Of a stretch of 64,000 nucleotides of DNA, positions 38,338 to 51,007 are shown in pieces. Positions within the stretch are counted from its first letter, which is position 1; every line of letters begins with the position of its first letter. The notes under the pieces are model-generated. The model had not been told where the DNA came from, ran no database searches, and saw only the letters and a list, made by a program, of their open reading frames with translations. Location: NCBI RefSeq assembly GCF_031769215.1, contig NW_026781953.1, forward strand, positions 248,001-312,000. The letters are read 5' to 3'. A program made the translations under genes and the position numbers. The DNA is from Ylistrum balloti. Lineage: Eukaryota.

Positions 38338-39140
38338 AACAAGAGATCCCAGAGGGATCTTGGCGCCCACCATTTGAGGATCTGTTTTCAGTTCTTGAAG
38401 ATTTTTTTTTGTTTGTTACAGGTGTTGTAAATGTTCCTGAACTGGTCTTCATTGAATGTACTCAATGATGGCACAAGATATTTTTATTAAGCACCTATTA
38501 GCAAATATCATTTGAAAAAGATCCCAAAGTATTATTAGATAGCAGTCAGTTACAGGTGGATAATGGACAATATGCTTGTGCTGTATTACTGTCGACATCC
38601 AAGATGGCTGCCTGTGGGCCACCTTGATTTTAAATCAGTCCAAAAAAGGTACAATGCACAACTAGGGACCAAGGGAAATCAATATCTATGAAATATCAGA
38701 AGGATCCATCCTGGACTTCCTCAGATATAGCAGTAACAAACTTTTACATTCAAAATCCAAGATGGCCACCTGTCGGCCATCTTGAATTCGAATCAGTCCA
38801 AAAAAGGTACAATGCACAGCTAGGGACCAAGGGGAAACTGCATATGAAATTTGAGAAAGATCCATCCAGTACTTTTCCAGAAATAGCGGTAACAAACTTT
38901 TACTTCCAAAATCCAAGATGGCCACCTGCCATCTTGAATGCGAATCAGTTAAAAAAAAAGGTACAATGCACAACTAGGGACCAAGGGGAACCTGCATATG
39001 AAATTTGAGAAAGATCCATCCAGTACTTTTCCAGAAATAGCGGTAACAAGAATTGTTTACGGACGGACGGACCACGGACCACGGACGCAGGGCGATTTGA
39101 ATAACCCACCATCTATTTGAATAGATGGTGGGCTAAAAAA
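38338..39140 (+). mobile_element. Apparently complete Helentron/HINE-like element, nested in an older related element (about 38050-39180)
   Basis: 5' aacaagag with hairpin agatccc-aga-gggatct, sub-terminal inverted repeats gcccacca / tggtgggc, three internal core repeats, (GACG)n, 3' hairpin cccaccatcta-tttgaa-tagatggtggg (39105-39132), A-run. Confidence 0.7.
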
Positions 39141-39249
39141 ACAATATCAGTACTCTGGGCCATTTGGCTAAAAAGAAAAATTAGAAATTAGAAATTGTTT
39201 GTGACGCAAAACACAAAGCACCAGAAAAAAAAGGTGATCGCAAGAAGTC

Positions 39250-41310
39250 ATATTTTACCTGTTGCTTCCTCTGTTCTCTAGACATACATCTCGCCTGTTG
39301 CTTTCTCTGTTCACTAGACATACATCTCACCTTTTGGTTTCTCTGTTCACTAGACATACATCTCACCTGTTGCTTTCTCTGTTCTCTAGACATACATCTC
39401 ACCTGTTGCTTTCTCTGTTCACTAGTCAAACATCTCACCTGTTGCTTTCTCTGTTCACTAGACATACATCTCATCTGTTGCTTTCTCTGTTCACTAGACA
39501 TACATCTCACCTGTTGCTTTCTTTGTTCACTAGACATACATCTCACCTGTAGCTTTCTCTGTTCACTAGACATACATCTCATCTGTTGCTTTCTCTGTTC
39601 ACTAGACATACATCTCATCTGTTGCTTTCTCTGTTCACTAGACATACATCTCACCTGTTTGTTTCTCTGTTCACTAGACATACATCTCACCTGTAGCTTT
39701 CTCTGTTCTCTAGACATACATCTCACCTGTTGCTTTCTCTGTTCACTAGACATACATCTCACCTGTTGGTTTCTCTGTTCACTAGACATACATCTCACCT
39801 GTTGCTTTCTCTGTTCTCTAGGCATACATCTCATCTGTTGCTTTCTCTGTTCACTAGACATACATCTCACCTGTTGCTTTCTCTGTTCACTAGACATACA
39901 TCTCACCTGTTGCTTTCTCTGTTCACTAGACATACATCTCACCTGTTGCTTTCTCTGTTCACTAGACATACATCTCACCTGTTGCTTTCTCTGTTCACTA
40001 GACATACATCTCACCTGTTGCTTTCTCTGTTCACTAGACATACATCTCACCTGTTGCTTTCTCTGTTCACTAGACATACATCTCATCTGTTGCTTTCTCT
40101 GTTCACTAGACATACATCTCACCTGTTTGTTTCTCTGTTCACTAGACATACATCTCACCTGTTGCTTTCTCTGTTCACTAGACATACATCTCACCTGTTG
40201 CTTTCTCTGTTCACTAGACATACATCTTCTGTTGCTTTCCTTCTCTAGACATACATCTCACCTGTTGCTTTCTCTGTTCACTAGACATACATACATCTTT
40301 CTCTTTTTATCCTTTTTTCTCTGCACTAGACATACATCTCATCTGTTGCTTTCTCTGTTCACTAGACATACATCTCACTTTGGCTTTCTCTGTTCAAACA
40401 TACATCTCACCTGTTGCTTTCTCTGTTCTCTAGGCATACATCTCATCTGTTGCTTTCTCTGTTCACTAGACATACATCTCACCTGTTGGTTACTCTGTTC
40501 ACTAGACATTTCTCTGTTCACTAGACATACATCTCATCTGTTACTTTCTCTGTTCACTAGACATTCTCATCTGTTGCTTTCTCTGTTCACTAGAAAATCT
40601 CACCTGTTTGTTTTCTGTTCACTAGACATACATCTCATCTGTTGCTTTCTCTGTTCACACTGTTCACTAGACATACATCTCATCTGTTGCTTTCTCTGTT
40701 CACTAGACATACATCTCACCTGTTGCTTTCTCTGTTCTCTAGACATACATCTCACCTGTTGCTTTCTCTGTTCACTAGACATACATCTCACCTGTAGCTT
40801 TCTCTGTTCTCTAGACATACATCTCACCTGTTGCTTTCTCTGTTCACTAGACATACATCTCATCTGTTGCTTTCTCTGTTCACTAGACATACATCTCACC
40901 TGTTGCTTTCTCTGTTCACTAGACATACATCTCACCTGTTGCTTTCTCTGTTCTCTAGGCATACATCTCATCTGTTGCTTTCTCTGTTCACTAGACATAC
41001 ATCTCACCTGTTGCTTTCTCTGTTCACTAGACATACATCTCACCTGTTGGTTACTCTGTTCACTAGACATACATCTCACCTGTTGGTTTCTCTGTTCACT
41101 AGACATACATCTCATCTGTTACTTTCTCTGTTCACTAGACATACATCTCATCTGTTGCTTTCTCTGTTCACTAGACATACATCTCACCTGTTGCTTTCTC
41201 TGTTCACTAGACATACATCTCATCTGTTGCTTTCTCTGTTCACTAGACATACATCTCACCTGTTGCTTTCTCTGTTCACTAGACATACATCTCACCTGTT
41301 GCCTTCTCTG
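39250..41310. repeat. 36-bp minisatellite (about 57 units) containing the exon end plus 5' splice site
   Basis: Minus-strand unit AGAGAAAGCAACAG|GTGAGATGTATGTCTAGTGAAC; continuous with the real donor at 41296. Confidence 0.95.
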
Positions 41311-41543
41311 CTTTACTCTCCTCCTTTCCATTCCTTTCTGGAGATTTGTCTCCCTTTTTATCCTTTTTATTCTTGAAAGGGGACAATCTCACTTTGGAGT
41401 TCCTGTCAAACAGTCCTCCACCCTTGCTAGATGAACCTGATCGTTCTGGTGAGGATCCTTTTTTCTTACCCCGATCTGGAGATTTATCTGCTTTAGCAGA
41501 TTCATCAGTAGATGTTTTCTTTTTTTTGAAAAAACCTGCAAAT
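41296..41543 (-). CDS. CARMIL: CARMIL basic exon (FAGFFKKKK...KAEKAT)
   Basis: 248 nt, phase 2-1, aaacag|A ... G|GTGAGA. Confidence 0.85.
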
Positions 41544-41764
41544 CTGTTTGAAAACAATGCATAAATGAGATTAAAACCTGTGTTTTCAAAGCCTTTTAGA
41601 AACTCATTGATGGTTAATTGGTGAACAGAATCTGATATTATGTTAAATATACAAAAAAAAACTATTTTAGAGAAATAGAATTAACTTAATTAAAAACAAA
41701 ATCTCTCAATTATAGGCTGTATTTTGGAGAGGGTGTAGAAAGATAAAACTGGCAAGCCTCTGCC

Positions 41765-42925
41765 CGAACCTACCCTATTATCAACAGACCTCTGGGAGGA
41801 TATTTACCCTATTATCAACAGATCTCTGGGAGAATATTTACCCTAATTTCAACAGACCTCTGGGAGGATATTTACCCTATTATCAACAGACCTCTGGGAG
41901 GATATTTACCCTATTATCAACAGATCTCTGGGAGAATATTTACCCTAATTTCAACAGACCTCTGGGAGGATATTTACCCTAATATCAACAGGCCTTTGGG
42001 AAGATATTTACCCTATTATCAACAGATCTCTGGGAGGATATTTACCCTATTATCCACAGACATCTGGGAGGATATTTACCCTATTATCAACAGATCTCTG
42101 GGAGAATATTTACCCTAATTTCAACAGACCTCTGGGAGGATATTTACCCTATTATCAAAAGACCTCTGGGAGGATATTTACCCTATTATCAACAGATCTC
42201 TGGGAGAATATTTACCCTAATATCAACAGGCCTTTGGGAAGATATTTACCCTATTATCAACAGATCTCTGGGAGGATATTTACCCTATTATCCACAGACA
42301 TCTGGGAGGATATTAACCCTATTATCAACAGATATCTGGGAGAATATTTACCCTAATTTCAACAGATCTCTGGGAGAATATTTACCCTAATATCAACAGG
42401 CCTTTGGGAGAATATTTACCCTATTATCAACAGATATCTGGGAGGATATTTACCCTATTATCCACAGACATCTGGGAGGATATTTACCCTATTATCAACA
42501 GATCTCTGGGAGAATATTTACACTAATTTCAACAGACCTCTGGGTGGATATTTACCCTATTATCAACAGACCTCTGGGAGGATATTTACCCTATTATCAA
42601 CAGATCTCTGGGAGAATATTTACCCTAATATCAACAGGCCTTTGGGAAGATATTTACCCTATTATCAACAGATCTCTGGGAGGATATTTACCCTATTATC
42701 CACAGACATCTGGGAGGATATTAACCCTATTATCAACAGATCTCTGGGAGAATATTTACCCTAATTTCAACAGACCTCTGGGAGGATATTTACCCTAATA
42801 TCAACAGACATCTGGGAGGATTTTTACCCTATTATCAACAGACCTCTGGGAGGATATTTACCCTATTATCAACAGACCTCCGGGAGCATATTTACCCTAT
42901 TATCAACAGACCTCTGAGATAATTA
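41765..42925. repeat. 34-bp minisatellite (about 34 units) containing a donor-like site
   Basis: Minus-strand unit GTCTGTTGATAATAGG|GTAAATATCCTCCCAGAG; real donor AAAGG|GTAATTATCTCAGAG. Confidence 0.95.
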
Positions 42926-42926
42926 C

Positions 42927-43004
42927 CCTTTTTTCTTTTCTGGCTCCTTTTCTTTCTCCTTCGGATTCTTATCTTTTTTGATTTTCGCATCTGATATGGA
43001 CTTG
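42927..43004 (-). CDS. CARMIL: CARMIL exon (KSISDAKIKKDKNPKEKEKEPEKKK)
   Basis: 78 nt, phase 2-2. Confidence 0.8.
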
Positions 43005-43729
43005 CTGTGAACATAAATATACGCATATAATCATCAGACTTAAGAGCTCTTCAGAAACTGCTGTTTGTTGCTGTTTGACCACATCATCATTATCACTTGA
43101 GTTTATGCCCCATGTAGAGCCTAGGTCATTTTGTAGTAGCTGGTTGTTACCTCAATGAACAACAGACAGGAGGTCCATCAAACACCATACAGGAAAAGTA
43201 CAGTACAGTGCTATGCACAAGGACACAACTACATTAAAACAGACTGACACAGCCATTTCTTGGTTTTCTGAGGACCCCAAACCATCATGGGTAATGAGCA
43301 TCAATCTTCACACCTGAGACTTCATTAAGGTTAAGTAGGCGAACCGACAGAAATATCGAAGCCCCACATTATCAAATCTTCTTTCATGTGTCTGAATTCA
43401 TTAAGAAACATATCTTTACATGGGTACTTAAGTAGATGATCCCAATTGAACAATGAGGAGAATAATATTTACGGAAGTGTTTCTTTTAATTCAGTTTGGA
43501 CTATGTCAGTTCAATTCTAGCATCTCACTGATATGAATTACTCTTTCGTTTTGAGAATCTTTGTATCTTTAATACATAAATACATCTGATATGTGTGTGA
43601 AATTATGAACAATTTAACAATTATGGTAGACAATTTTCCTATATTGTGTTGAACAATGTTAAGAAAAATAGGCATAAATAAAATTATGCAGATTCCATTA
43701 TATTGACATAAACAAGAACCTAAAGCAGC

Positions 43730-44390
43730 CAATTACTTCTACTGTGATATTAACAGGAATAATAGCTAGCTACCTCCCTTGTGATATAAACAGGAACCTA
43801 AAAGTTAGCTTTCTTCCTGTGATAAAAACAGGAACATAAAGCAGCCTATTTCCTCTACTGTGATATTAACAGGAATAACAGCTGGCTATCTCCCTTGTGA
43901 TATAAACAGGAACCTAAAAGTTAGCTTTCTTCCTGTGATAAAAACAGAAACATAAAGCAGCCAATTTCTTCTACTGTGATATTAACAGGAATAACAGCTG
44001 GCTATCTCCCTTGTGATATAAACAGGAACCTAAAAGTTAAGATAAAAACAGGAACATAAAGCAGCCAATTTCCTCTACTGTGATATTAACAGGAATAACA
44101 GCTGGCTACCTCTCTTGTGATATAAACAGGAACCTAAAAGTTAGCTTTCTTCCTGTGATAAAAACAGAAACATAAAGCAGCCAATTTCTTCTACTGTGAT
44201 GTTAACAGGAATAACAGCTGGCTATCTCCCTTGTGATATAAACAGGAACCTTAAAGTTAGCTTTCTTCCTGAGATAAAAACAGGAACATAAAGCAGCCAA
44301 TTTCCTCTACTGTGATATTAACGGAATAACAGCTGGCTACCTCTCTTGTGATATAAACAGGTACCTAAAAGATATTAACAGGAACATAAA
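43730..44390. repeat. 116-bp higher-order repeat of three ~39-bp subunits
   Basis: actgtgatattaac at 43741 and 43857; begins about 40 nt inside the intron after the CPI exon. Confidence 0.9.
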
Positions 44391-44429
44391 ACAGCAGTCA
44401 ACAAACCTGTAAAAAGACCTGTTACTGAC

Positions 44430-44664
44430 CTTAACTGGGTGCTTGGGACCTCTGTAGCTTGAGCTGTAACAGTGTGCTCCCTTACTGTCTGTCTGTTGAA
44501 GAATGTGTCAAGACCTTCATCTGCTTGGAGTGGTTCATTTGTGGCTAACTTTGTCGAAGCGCCTGGTCGTCGTGACTGGTGGTTCTTTTGTCTCTTGGCG
44601 CGGCCCTTATTTGGATTAAACAGCTTCGGACCAGTCTCCCCAAGGTTATCCAGATCAATGGTGT
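44430..44664 (-). CDS. CARMIL: CARMIL exon with CPI and CSI motifs
   Basis: KLFNPNKGRAKRQKNHQSRRP (CPI-like, core 44594-44623) and QADEGLDTFFNRQ (CSI, 44498-44521; human CARMIL1 has RVDEGVDEFFTKK). 235 nt, phase 1-2, AAG|GTCAGT. Confidence 0.9.
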
Positions 44665-45596
44665 CTGATAAATTAAACCAAAATTTTCTATTAAAACTTT
44701 CAAACGTTACTGATATCTTAGAATCACTGGTTACAATAACAAAATCCACTATGGTTTGGTGTTTGACATAAAGAACACATATTTCTACAGTAAGTCTTCG
44801 GATAGTTTGGTAAGTTTCAAAAAGTGCATTTCACCATGAATGAACACACATTGGCAAATAGCATCAGCAATAAGCATCAGGAAGATTTTGTACACCAGCG
44901 TTACTGTGTTTATAACTCTCTCAGACTGATATCTTCACTGTTATACTTAGTACTAATTACTGGCTAGTCTACTAACCATGGTATCTGTAGTCTTTGTCAG
45001 ACAACAAACTACATACGATGAGAAACAGAATATCAAATCAGTCTGAATTAATATTTATTTAGATCTACTGTAAGATAACATTCTTTCATATGCGATTTAC
45101 TTGAGAAAATATTGTGATTGCAGCAAAATTGTTAAAAAAAAAGAAAAATTATAATTAAAGCTTGGATGATTACAGATCTTAACATTTAAACTCTGATGAT
45201 AATGATAATTTGAGGTGGCTGCCTCCATGGTTAAAATCCTAAAATCGACAATGCACTTCAAATTTTACTCGATCTATTACTGGATCGGGAAACATCATAT
45301 CCAAGTAATATAAATTTGTGAAATGAAACTCTGTCCTGAAAATTCCTGATAGTGGAGCAACCAAGTTAAACATGGGTATAAACACACTGAGTAGGGCCTT
45401 TCATAAATATACCCTAACCTCTCACCTCTTTATTGTGATCTAAATCTGATGAGGGGCTAAGGTCAAAAGTCTTTCCAAAAACATGGTGTGGGAATGTTAG
45501 TTCCAGTAGATGGAAGTGTCAACACAAAGAATTACGTCAACATATTGGAGGAAAATCTATGTACTGTAGTTGTTGAAAAAAACAAGCCAATAGGAC

Positions 45597-45810
45597 TTGT
45601 TCTGAGGGCAAACCTTACTAGGCCATACATAAGGTCACTATATGACTCATTACCAAAGCCAATATGAATTGTTCTGAGGGCAAACCTTACTAGATCATAC
45701 ATAAGGTCACTATATGACTCATTACCAAAGCCAATATGACTTGTTCTGAGGGCAAACCTTACTAGGCCATACATAAGGTCACTTTACCTCATTGTTCTGA
45801 GGATAAATGG
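45597..45810. repeat. 72-bp tandem repeat, about 3 copies
   Basis: tctgagggcaaacc at 45601, 45673 and 45745. Confidence 0.9.
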
Positions 45811-45879
45811 GCCTGTTTGAAAATATTTAAATTCTCAGGTAAGTGGCATGTTTTGTTTTATAAATATCAAAGAGAAACA

Positions 45880-46245
45880 TACTCCCAGACTAAAAAGTTT
45901 GCAGCTCACGGCCGCCATTTTGGGGAAAGACTTTTGACTTTGGCTGTATAAGGGGTTCACCAGATATTCTGTACACAAAGTTCTCACTTTAAAAAAAGTC
46001 AGGGTGACCTTGGACCTTTAACCTTCAACCTTCACTGTTGACCACCAAAACCTGACCTGGTGTAGAACGTGACAGGAGTGATGCTATGGTGGGAATGAAC
46101 TAAATCTGTCCTTGGGTTCATGAGATCTTCTACACAAGAATATCACAGATGCATAGACATATGGACGGACAGATGGACAGACAGACTGACAAACAAATTT
46201 ATTACTATTTACCCCTTTTATTTCAGTGAAGGGTATAATAACGAT
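45880..46245 (+). mobile_element. HINE-like element fragment
   Basis: gtgaccttggacc motif, (GACG/GACA)n tract and a terminal imperfect hairpin taccc...gggta. Confidence 0.45.
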
Positions 46246-46258
46246 TATTGATAGTTAC

Positions 46259-46345
46259 CTGATGTGACAGAAGATGTCATGGAGCTGGACGGCTCTTCAG
46301 CAATGGCTTCAGTCTTGCTTAGCTGAATGTTATTGGCAAGGTCTT
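46259..46345 (-). CDS. CARMIL: CARMIL exon (EDLANNIQLSK...SSVTS)
   Basis: 87 nt, phase 1-1, CAG|GTAACT. Confidence 0.75.
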
Positions 46346-46973
46346 CTGTAGATCCCACTACGTAAAACAGTCACAGATACAGAATAAAATCTGCTCTTCA
46401 GATTCCATTAAAACAGACACCTGCAGTTTTCCTCGATTACATAGTGGGCAACATTTTCATGAGTGACTATTTTTGAAGAGATGATGTAAATTCAATATAT
46501 GTCTATTTATAATTTATGCAACTATAGTTACATCAAGTTCAATGGGCAAATTAAAAAATGCATTAAGTTCAATGGGCAAATTAATAAATACATTAAGTTC
46601 AATGGGCAAATCACATGATCAGTCGTCCATATACAAAGTAAAACATGGTGAAAGGACTAACTCAGAGCTAGTGTGACAGACTATCTTATCAGGATCTGAA
46701 TATGAATATTACAGTGTCTATTTCTAATTAATTTTCTCACAATTGGCAAGGAAAATGAAAAAAAAGGAAGAAATTCTTCTGGCATCTGAAACAGATTGAT
46801 AAGCAGCAAATAGATTAGTTTTTTTTATATACCTCCTTTCTCATAAACCTGCCTTGATCAAGTAATTACCATAATAATTTTTTTTGTAACTACAATGGCA
46901 TGATATAAATCGAAGGACTTTTTAAGTGCTAAAATACTTCAGCTAATCTTGCATATCACAACACCTTTTTTAC

Positions 46974-47306
46974 CTGTGATTAGAGGGTTGGCCAGAGGCT
47001 TGGTAACCCTCTGACTCTCATTCTGTTGCTTGGCAACCCCCTGACTTTGACTCTCAGACTTTCCTGAGACTGATAACAGCACAGACCTTCTCTTGATCCG
47101 AGGCTTGGGAACAGGATCTTGTGAAGTAGGGGTGGATTCTGGGGAGGGGCGAGTCAATGTGGGTGTGGTCTGAGGGGTTGTGACTGGCGTGACCTTTGGG
47201 GTTGTTTGTATAGGGTCAACAGGGTCACCTTTGGGAGGAGAATTTTCAGCAGTGCTTTCCAATTTTCGGTTGTGCATTTGTAAAGCTTTTTGTACCTGCT
47301 CAGCAT
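46974..47306 (-). CDS. CARMIL: CARMIL exon (DAEQVQKALQ...ANPLIT), symmetric and possibly alternative
   Basis: 333 nt, phase 1-1, cttccttaccag|AT ... G|GTAAAA. Confidence 0.75.
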
Positions 47307-47707
47307 CTGGTAAGGAAGCAAGCATGGTTAGAATCTCAACACTACAAAGCACGCAGTTATATAAAGGTTTCATCTGTAGTCCAAAAACTCATGTTTAGAA
47401 ATTCGAAACAAAACAAAAAAAATTTTAAATTTACAATTTCTTCCGAAATTTCCAATGATGTATATCCGATAATGATTTCATGTCCAATTTTCCAACAAAA
47501 AAATTGAAAATTTGTAAAGTTTTTGGTTTTGCAGATCAATGAATATTGTGACTGATGATTTAGCCATACTAGTGGTAATCCTGTGTCAACATTGAGAAGT
47601 TCGTCTAAATTGTCTTTGATAAACCATTGGATAGCTATCATTTATAATACCATCCATTCAAATACTGTCTTAACTTTTGATTGGTCAGATTTAGTTCCAT
47701 AGGGTTA

Positions 47708-48015
47708 CCACTAGAGGGCAGTGTGATGCCTTATAAACACTGTGCTTCACAGCCGTAAGAAAAAAGCAGAAAGTAATGAAAACGAGCCACTAGAGGGCAG
47801 TGTAGTTTTCCGTTTTACCAATAGAGGGCAGTGTACCTAGGTAGTAATCCTTATTTAACCAAAAGAAGGCAGCAAAGAAATAATTTTAACCTTAAGAAGG
47901 TAGTGTTGAAATCCACTAAATGGACTGAAATCCATTCCGTTTATCAATCAGAGGTCAATGTATTGTATTGTATGTTCAAATGAATATAGAACATTCTTTA
48001 ACCACTAGAGGGCAG
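47708..48015 (+). promoter_or_regulatory. Cluster of four co-oriented CTCF-like motifs
   Basis: CCACTAGAGGGCAG at 47708, 47787 and 48002; CCAATAGAGGGCAG at 47818. Confidence 0.6.
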
Positions 48016-48655
48016 CACAATCAAATCATATAGCTTCAAAGGGAGAAACAAGAATATTTTAACGAAGTAAACTTAAACATTACGATGAATTGTAGAAAAA
48101 ATTGTCTTGGTTGATAAGGCAAAACACTAGTTCTATCTAATAAAGATATAGTGATATAACAATCTGTGGACACTCAACACTGTGACAGCAGAGTGACAGA
48201 CCTTAGCAGAGAAGCAGTAGAAGTAGTGATAACAGAATTCTAAATAGACTTCAGATAAGTATAAACTTTTAGCTATAATTGTTTATAAATAGGGCCTTAT
48301 TAGGTAATATCATCAGATAAGATAATAAATAAACTTGTTTACATCAATCAAACATTAGAAATGTTTTCAACATATGTCAACTCTTTTCAGTACTGATTCT
48401 CTGCTGGTATAAGGCTTCCATACAATATTTGTAAGATATATTATATAGATATATATTTTTTTTATATTTTGTATATCAGTGTATATAATATTGATTATAT
48501 GTAGAGTGATACATTTTTATAAACAATATAAATTATAAATATAGTTATAATTTTGTGTATAAATAATATGTATTTCTAATATTTGTATATATAAAGAATA
48601 TTTGTACATATGGTAGGATGGTAGCTTTTGGAGAAAGTCTGTATCACTGACAGCC

Positions 48656-48980
48656 AAGTTATAGATTAGTAACCAATCAGGGACAGAACTGATTTATTTA
48701 TCAAAAAAGTACTGTATTTGTCTATGTTGTTTTCACTGAACTAAAATAAAAACATTTCAGATGAAATTTTACTTGTTATTATATTTTCATTATAACCACT
48801 CTTTTGAAATTTCAGTTAGGAATTCCATGTGAATATCTCTTGCAACTGAATTCGTGATTTATCTTGAAGTTATAGATTAGTAACCAATCAGGGACAGAAC
48901 TGATTTATTTATCAAAAAAGTAGACTGAGTTGTTTTCACTGAATAAAAACATTTCAGATGAAATTTTACTATATTTTCAA
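48656..48980. repeat. Local duplication of about 210 bp
   Basis: aagttatagattagtaaccaatcagggacagaactgatttatttatc at about 48656 and 48867. Confidence 0.85.
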
Positions 48981-50940
48981 TTCATTTTTTTTTCTCGACA
49001 GCCTTAATTGGCGATAGTACAGAATAACTGCTAAGTATATCAGTACTCTGACAATCCCTAATTTATCTTCTACACATCTAAACAGACATGACTGCTCTCA
49101 GTTATAAGTTATTGATCTATACATCTTTGTTCGATTTCTCCTTCACTTGGTGCCACTCATTAATCCCAAGTTTCTAACTATTTCATATTCAATCCAGGAT
49201 CCTATCGACTGTTAATAAACTATAGAATACATGAATCATGCAAATTACGCTTTCACCTAAAATTTAGATCTATATTCAATTTTGCATTCTCATCATCCTG
49301 GCATTTTGATTTTTTTTTTTTAATTTTCAGATATATGTTTTCAATTAGTATGTTTCTATTTCAAATTCTATTTTTTGATTTCAGAAAGACAACTAATATA
49401 AATATCTTTACACCAAAAATTAATTAAAAGAGTTTGATGTTCTAAGTTAAGATTCACAATATATATATTTGAAGAATATACCATACAGATATTACAGTAA
49501 CTTCATACAGTTACAGACCTTTACCTCTTCCTGACATCTTTCTTCCTGTTGAAAATTTTCACATTTGACAAGAAATATTTGGTCATAAATTAATATATTT
49601 AAGTATTTTTTTAAGAAAAAATTATGTCATGATCAAAGTTTACAAATTTGATATGGACTTTTTTTATGATAGACTTCAATTATATAGTATCTCCAGGGGT
49701 TGTTTTTGTTTGTTTGTTTACTTTGTTGTCAGAGATAATTAAATCAATTTGGGGAGTTTTAAAAAAAAAATGAGTTTTAGTAAATGATAAATTGTAAAAA
49801 CCCAGGCAGATTGAGATCTCAAATTATTTTACTGACGTTAAAAAAAAATAGTTTGCCCTTGGTATCTAGGTCTGCTATTGATATCACAGACTGGAATTAA
49901 AATTCAAATATCATAAATTAACAAAACTGATTTTTATCGAAATAATTTACTTCATATAGATAAAATGTTTACAAAGTTTGAGATCCCAAAGCCATCCAGT
50001 GATTCAGAGAAATTAACAATCACCAAAGTTAGTAATCAGTATGTAAAATTAGTTCTGGAGTAATGAATACTAGCTTTCTAACTAAGTCTAATACGAGATG
50101 CTTCCATTGCTAAACAGATTCCAAGACAAAGCATTGTAAGTAAATCTACGTAACCCTCGTCATACATATACACTTTCCGGGAGCAAACATTTCCAGAAAC
50201 AAGGGGAGACTACTACCTTGGACTGTGTTTCTATGTGAAATTCAAACCATGTGATCTCAATCCTTATCTAAGTAGCTAGAGTTGCAGATATCATTGTGGA
50301 AGCTCACATAGTAACAGATATAAGTATGTCAGCATTCATGTTACTATGGTAACAGATTGTTTCCATAGTAACAGATTTTCATGTATTATATTTTCTACAG
50401 TAATATTACTTATGTAAGATGTTGCGGTCATGGTAACATATCATGGTCATAGTAACATATTGAGGTTATAGTAACTAACCTGTTTCGGTATTGGTGTTAC
50501 TATAGTAACAGGTTGTTCCAATTATAATTTACTTATAACAAGTTTTCTTGTTAAAGTAACTATAGTTTAATATTGTTTCCATAGTAACAGATATACCTGT
50601 TACCTTTGTAAGTGTTAATGTTACCACAGAACCATATTTACTAGTAACCAGTGGCCGTGTTAATGTTACCATAGTAACACTAATCTATCTATACCTGTGT
50701 AAGTTTGGTATATTATCTAGCCCTACATTCAGCTTTCACTGTTATTTCACTGTTACTATAAATCTATAATGTTGTAATATCAACAGCGCCACCTATGACT
50801 ATCGGAGGTCGGCATTTTTATAAACTTACCTTTGTTACCATGGTAACAGACAATTTCTTTGTCATCAAGGTCAGCCTTACCTCCTTTAAATGGTAACAGG
50901 TTCACCTTCAATGTTTTGAATCCTATTTCCTGTTACTTAC

Positions 50941-51007
50941 CTATAACAGTTGGAGGTCTAATCATTCGTTTAATTTTGCTCTCTCTTCTGTCGATCATCG
51001 GTGAATC
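50941..51007 (-). CDS. CARMIL: CARMIL exon (DSPMIDRRESKIKRMIRPPTVI)
   Basis: 67 nt, phase 0-1, ATAG|GTAAGT; aligns by eye with human CARMIL1 TPKSKRKSIHSRMLRPVS. Confidence 0.75.

Noticed and set aside
39181-41434. Long ORFs of 346, 591, 172, 171 and 181 aa
   Set aside because: Translations of a 36-bp repeat whose period is divisible by 3; intronic, with no unique coding flanks.
43730-44390. 116-bp array as a donor-amplifying repeat
   Set aside because: Derived from intron sequence about 40 nt past the donor; it does not include the splice site or exon.
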